DNA of 64,000 nucleotides. Source: Octopus sinensis. Its lineage: Eukaryota. The DNA lies in assembly GCF_006345805.1 (NCBI RefSeq), contig NC_043000.1:11160001-11224000 (forward strand). The letters are read 5' to 3'. Positions 61,837 through 64,000 of this stretch are shown here, in pieces. The notes below the pieces were generated by a model. It ran no database searches and was not told the origin of the DNA. It saw only the letters and a list, made by a program, of their open reading frames with translations. Position numbers and translations under genes: made by a program. Position 1 is the first letter of the stretch. Each line of letters starts with the position of its first letter.

Positions 61837-61967
61837 TTTTTCTTTACCAAGCAGCGAATGACACAGAGAGCATCATGTATAGATCGGTCGGCTTCTTCCA
61901 GAACCAATTTATTGGAACCCCGAATTAAAACAGATACAGTTTTACCTTGATTAGCAATTCCAGTTAT
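61837..61967 (-). CDS. CCT4: CCT4 internal exon, 131 nt, phase 0-2
   Basis: cctttag|ATA...AA|gtaagt; [43 protein letters not shown](K) contains the chaperonin RGSN..EEA.RS.HDA motif; phase matches the next exon. Confidence 0.96.
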
Positions 61968-62539
61968 CTAAAGGAAGAAGAAATGTAAGGGTTTGAAATA
62001 GGTGACAGAGAAATCAAATTCATTTGGCTTACATAGAACACATGTAACATAGGCACAAGATCACAAATGTTGGGATGGGATGTAGTAAATTATGCAGATC
62101 ATGCTGCTTCGTAGTATTTATTCTATCGGTCTTTTTTGCCAAAACTGCTAACTTACTGGGACATAAATACATCAACACCGGTTGTCAAATGGTGATGGAC
62201 ACACACACACATATATATGACGGGCTTCTTTCAGTTTCCAAATCCATTCACAAGACCTTGGTCGACCTGAGACTACAGTAGAAGACACTTGCCCAAGGTG
62301 CCATGCAGTGGGACTGAACCCGAAACCATGTGATTGGGAAGCAAGCTTCTTACCACACAGCCATGGTTATAAAAGAGCATCATTGTCATACAAGCGAAGT
62401 TGTTGGTTTCCAGTTTTCTGCTGAAAATCTACCTAAAAAAAAAATTTTATCTGACCCATGCTAGGATGGAAAAGCTAACGTTTAGTGGTAAGCACTCATA
62501 TCCATGGTCTCAGAATAAAAATAAACCAATTATGTGGTT

Positions 62540-62990
62540 ATTTACATTTAATGGATATTTGTTCCTCTCTTGTTTGTTGTTGACACAGCATTTCATCTGA
62601 TATACCCTCCAGCCTTCATCAGGTGTCTTGGGGAAATTTTGAAACTGCGTTCTCATTAAGGTATTTTTCAGTGTTATTATTATTATCATTATTCAGGTCA
62701 CTGCCAGGAATTGAACTCAGAATCTTGGGGTTAGTAGCCCACGCTCTTAATATGGCATAGTGGTTAAGAGTGCGGGCTACTAACCCCAAGATTCCAAGTT
62801 TAATTCCAGGCAGTGACCTGAATAATAATATAACATCAAAAAATACCTTAGGAATGAGAACCCAGGTTCAAAATTTCCCAAAGACACCTGATGAAGGCTG
62901 GAGGGTATATCAGCCGAAACGCTAAGAATAAAAAGAGGACAAATATCCGTCAAATGTAAATAATTCCTCATCTCCTAAATATAGAACTGT
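62540..62990. mobile_element. Head-to-head inverted dimer of a tRNA-headed element carrying a hammerhead-like motif
   Basis: Arms at 62540-62750 (-) and 62751-62990 (+); A-box tggcatagtgg at 62753-62763; B-box gagttcaattcc (minus, 62707-62718); GACAC-CUGAUGA-A-GGCUG..CAGCC-GAAA-CGCU; flanking direct repeat aattatgtggtt at 62528-62539 and 62991-63002. Confidence 0.82.
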
Positions 62991-63403
62991 AATTATGTGG
63001 TTCAATTAATTTTAAATATAATTAAGTGTTACAAGTGGGATTTAGTAAAGTAACTAAATTTTTATTTGGAACACAATTTATAGCAAACTTTCACTGAAAT
63101 CTCACATTATCTTTCATTTAATAATGAGATTTACTTTATAACAAACACGACATAAATAGGATTAAGCAAGTTGGATATAAGTCTTTTCCTTAATTTCGTT
63201 TGCTGTCTCTTCAGCCTAGAAACCTTTTATAGTTCTAGAGTAATGAACAAAATATGTGCAAACATAAGTTGGATGGTTTAGTAACTTATAAATATCAAAT
63301 AGAACTGATACAACTAATGGTTAACAAAACTAGTCTAAATTTCCTAGACATTCTTCAAATGAAATATTACCGAAGTTAAAAGTCATGAAATCTGTTACAT
63401 TAC

Positions 63404-63511
63404 CTTGACAATTTTGCCACCACCGCTATCCACTTCCTCAACCAATTCAGCAGATCCGAGACTTTCAGCAACAAAATGGTCAAGACTGGCAATTGGACGG
63501 CAACCTAAACT
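63404..63511 (-). CDS. CCT4: CCT4 (TCP-1 delta) internal exon, 108 nt, phase 0-0
   Basis: ttgcag|AGT...AAG|gtaatg; translates SLGCRPIASLDHFVAESLGSAELVEEVDSGGGKIVK, matching the CCT4 segment before ITG. Missed by the ORF track. Confidence 0.93.
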
Positions 63512-64000
63512 CTGCAATGCAAAAAATATTAACTCCATGTAGTAAAACCACAATTAAACTTTTCAAAACAGTACAATACCAGAGGGTTAAGAAAGTGCTC
63601 TTTTTATTTCATATTGTTTTACAGGTATTTTCCAATGCCTAGGGTTTCTAAAGTCTCGAGTAGATTAACATTCTCTTGATAAGAACTTTGGTCATAGTGG
63701 ACTATCTCACAGTTAGTACCTACCTACTATCAGTGCTACTGTTATATAGATCAAAGTGGTGCCTAAGTATATGAAAATTGTGACTATCCGTGTAGAAAAA
63801 TAGCCTACCCAGAAGCGAAGTTTAATACACACATTAGTTATGGTAAGGACTAATAACAGAAATGTTATATGTATGCACATAGAGAAAGTAAAAGTGGAAT
63901 TATTAGATGTCAGAGATTGTAGATACAGCTATTGGGATTTAAGTCCAGCCACTGATACATGCAGCACTAGTGATAGTTACAATCATCTACTGATCTCTCA

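Noticed and set aside
57728-63403. Intronic snoRNAs in CCT4
   Set aside because: No C/D box pair with a terminal stem or H/ACA fold recognised by eye; a covariance search would be needed to exclude them fully.
63330-63600. Plus-strand FLD motif suggesting a Penelope RT remnant
   Set aside because: The minus strand is a clean CCT4 exon with splice sites; the FLD match is incidental.

Overview
This is eukaryotic, AT-rich, repeat-saturated DNA, most likely from an octopod cephalopod (inference from the tRNA-derived SINE families, microsatellite load and intron style). The only host gene I can support is CCT4 (TCP-1 delta chaperonin): four spliced minus-strand coding exons at 63404-63511, 61837-61967, 57493-57727 and 57259-57372, all with GT-AG ends and matching phases. 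Its short terminal exon is unresolved. The rest is nested transposons: one young 5'-truncated CR1-group LINE with an open RT frame, RTE LINE remnants and many RTE 3'UTR copies, several tRNA-headed SINE families, mariner, Tigger-, piggyBac- and hAT-type elements and MITEs, non-autonomous Helitrons, Penelope-like fragments, and micro/minisatellites. Nearly all ORFs in the supplied track are repeat artefacts. No CRISPR, rRNA or true tRNA gene was found. Best candidates for something under-described: (1) a sequence-complete minimal type I hammerhead ribozyme at 41128-41188; (2) a tRNA-headed, hammerhead-bearing element inserted as a head-to-head inverted dimer between 12-bp direct repeats inside a CCT4 intron (62540-62990); (3) a TIR-bounded Tc1-like transposon whose transposase is split by a spliceosomal intron (49497-52640); (4) a SINE family whose target duplications repeatedly end in TACC. 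Family names are from recalled motifs, not database searches. Coordinates of degraded repeats are approximate.
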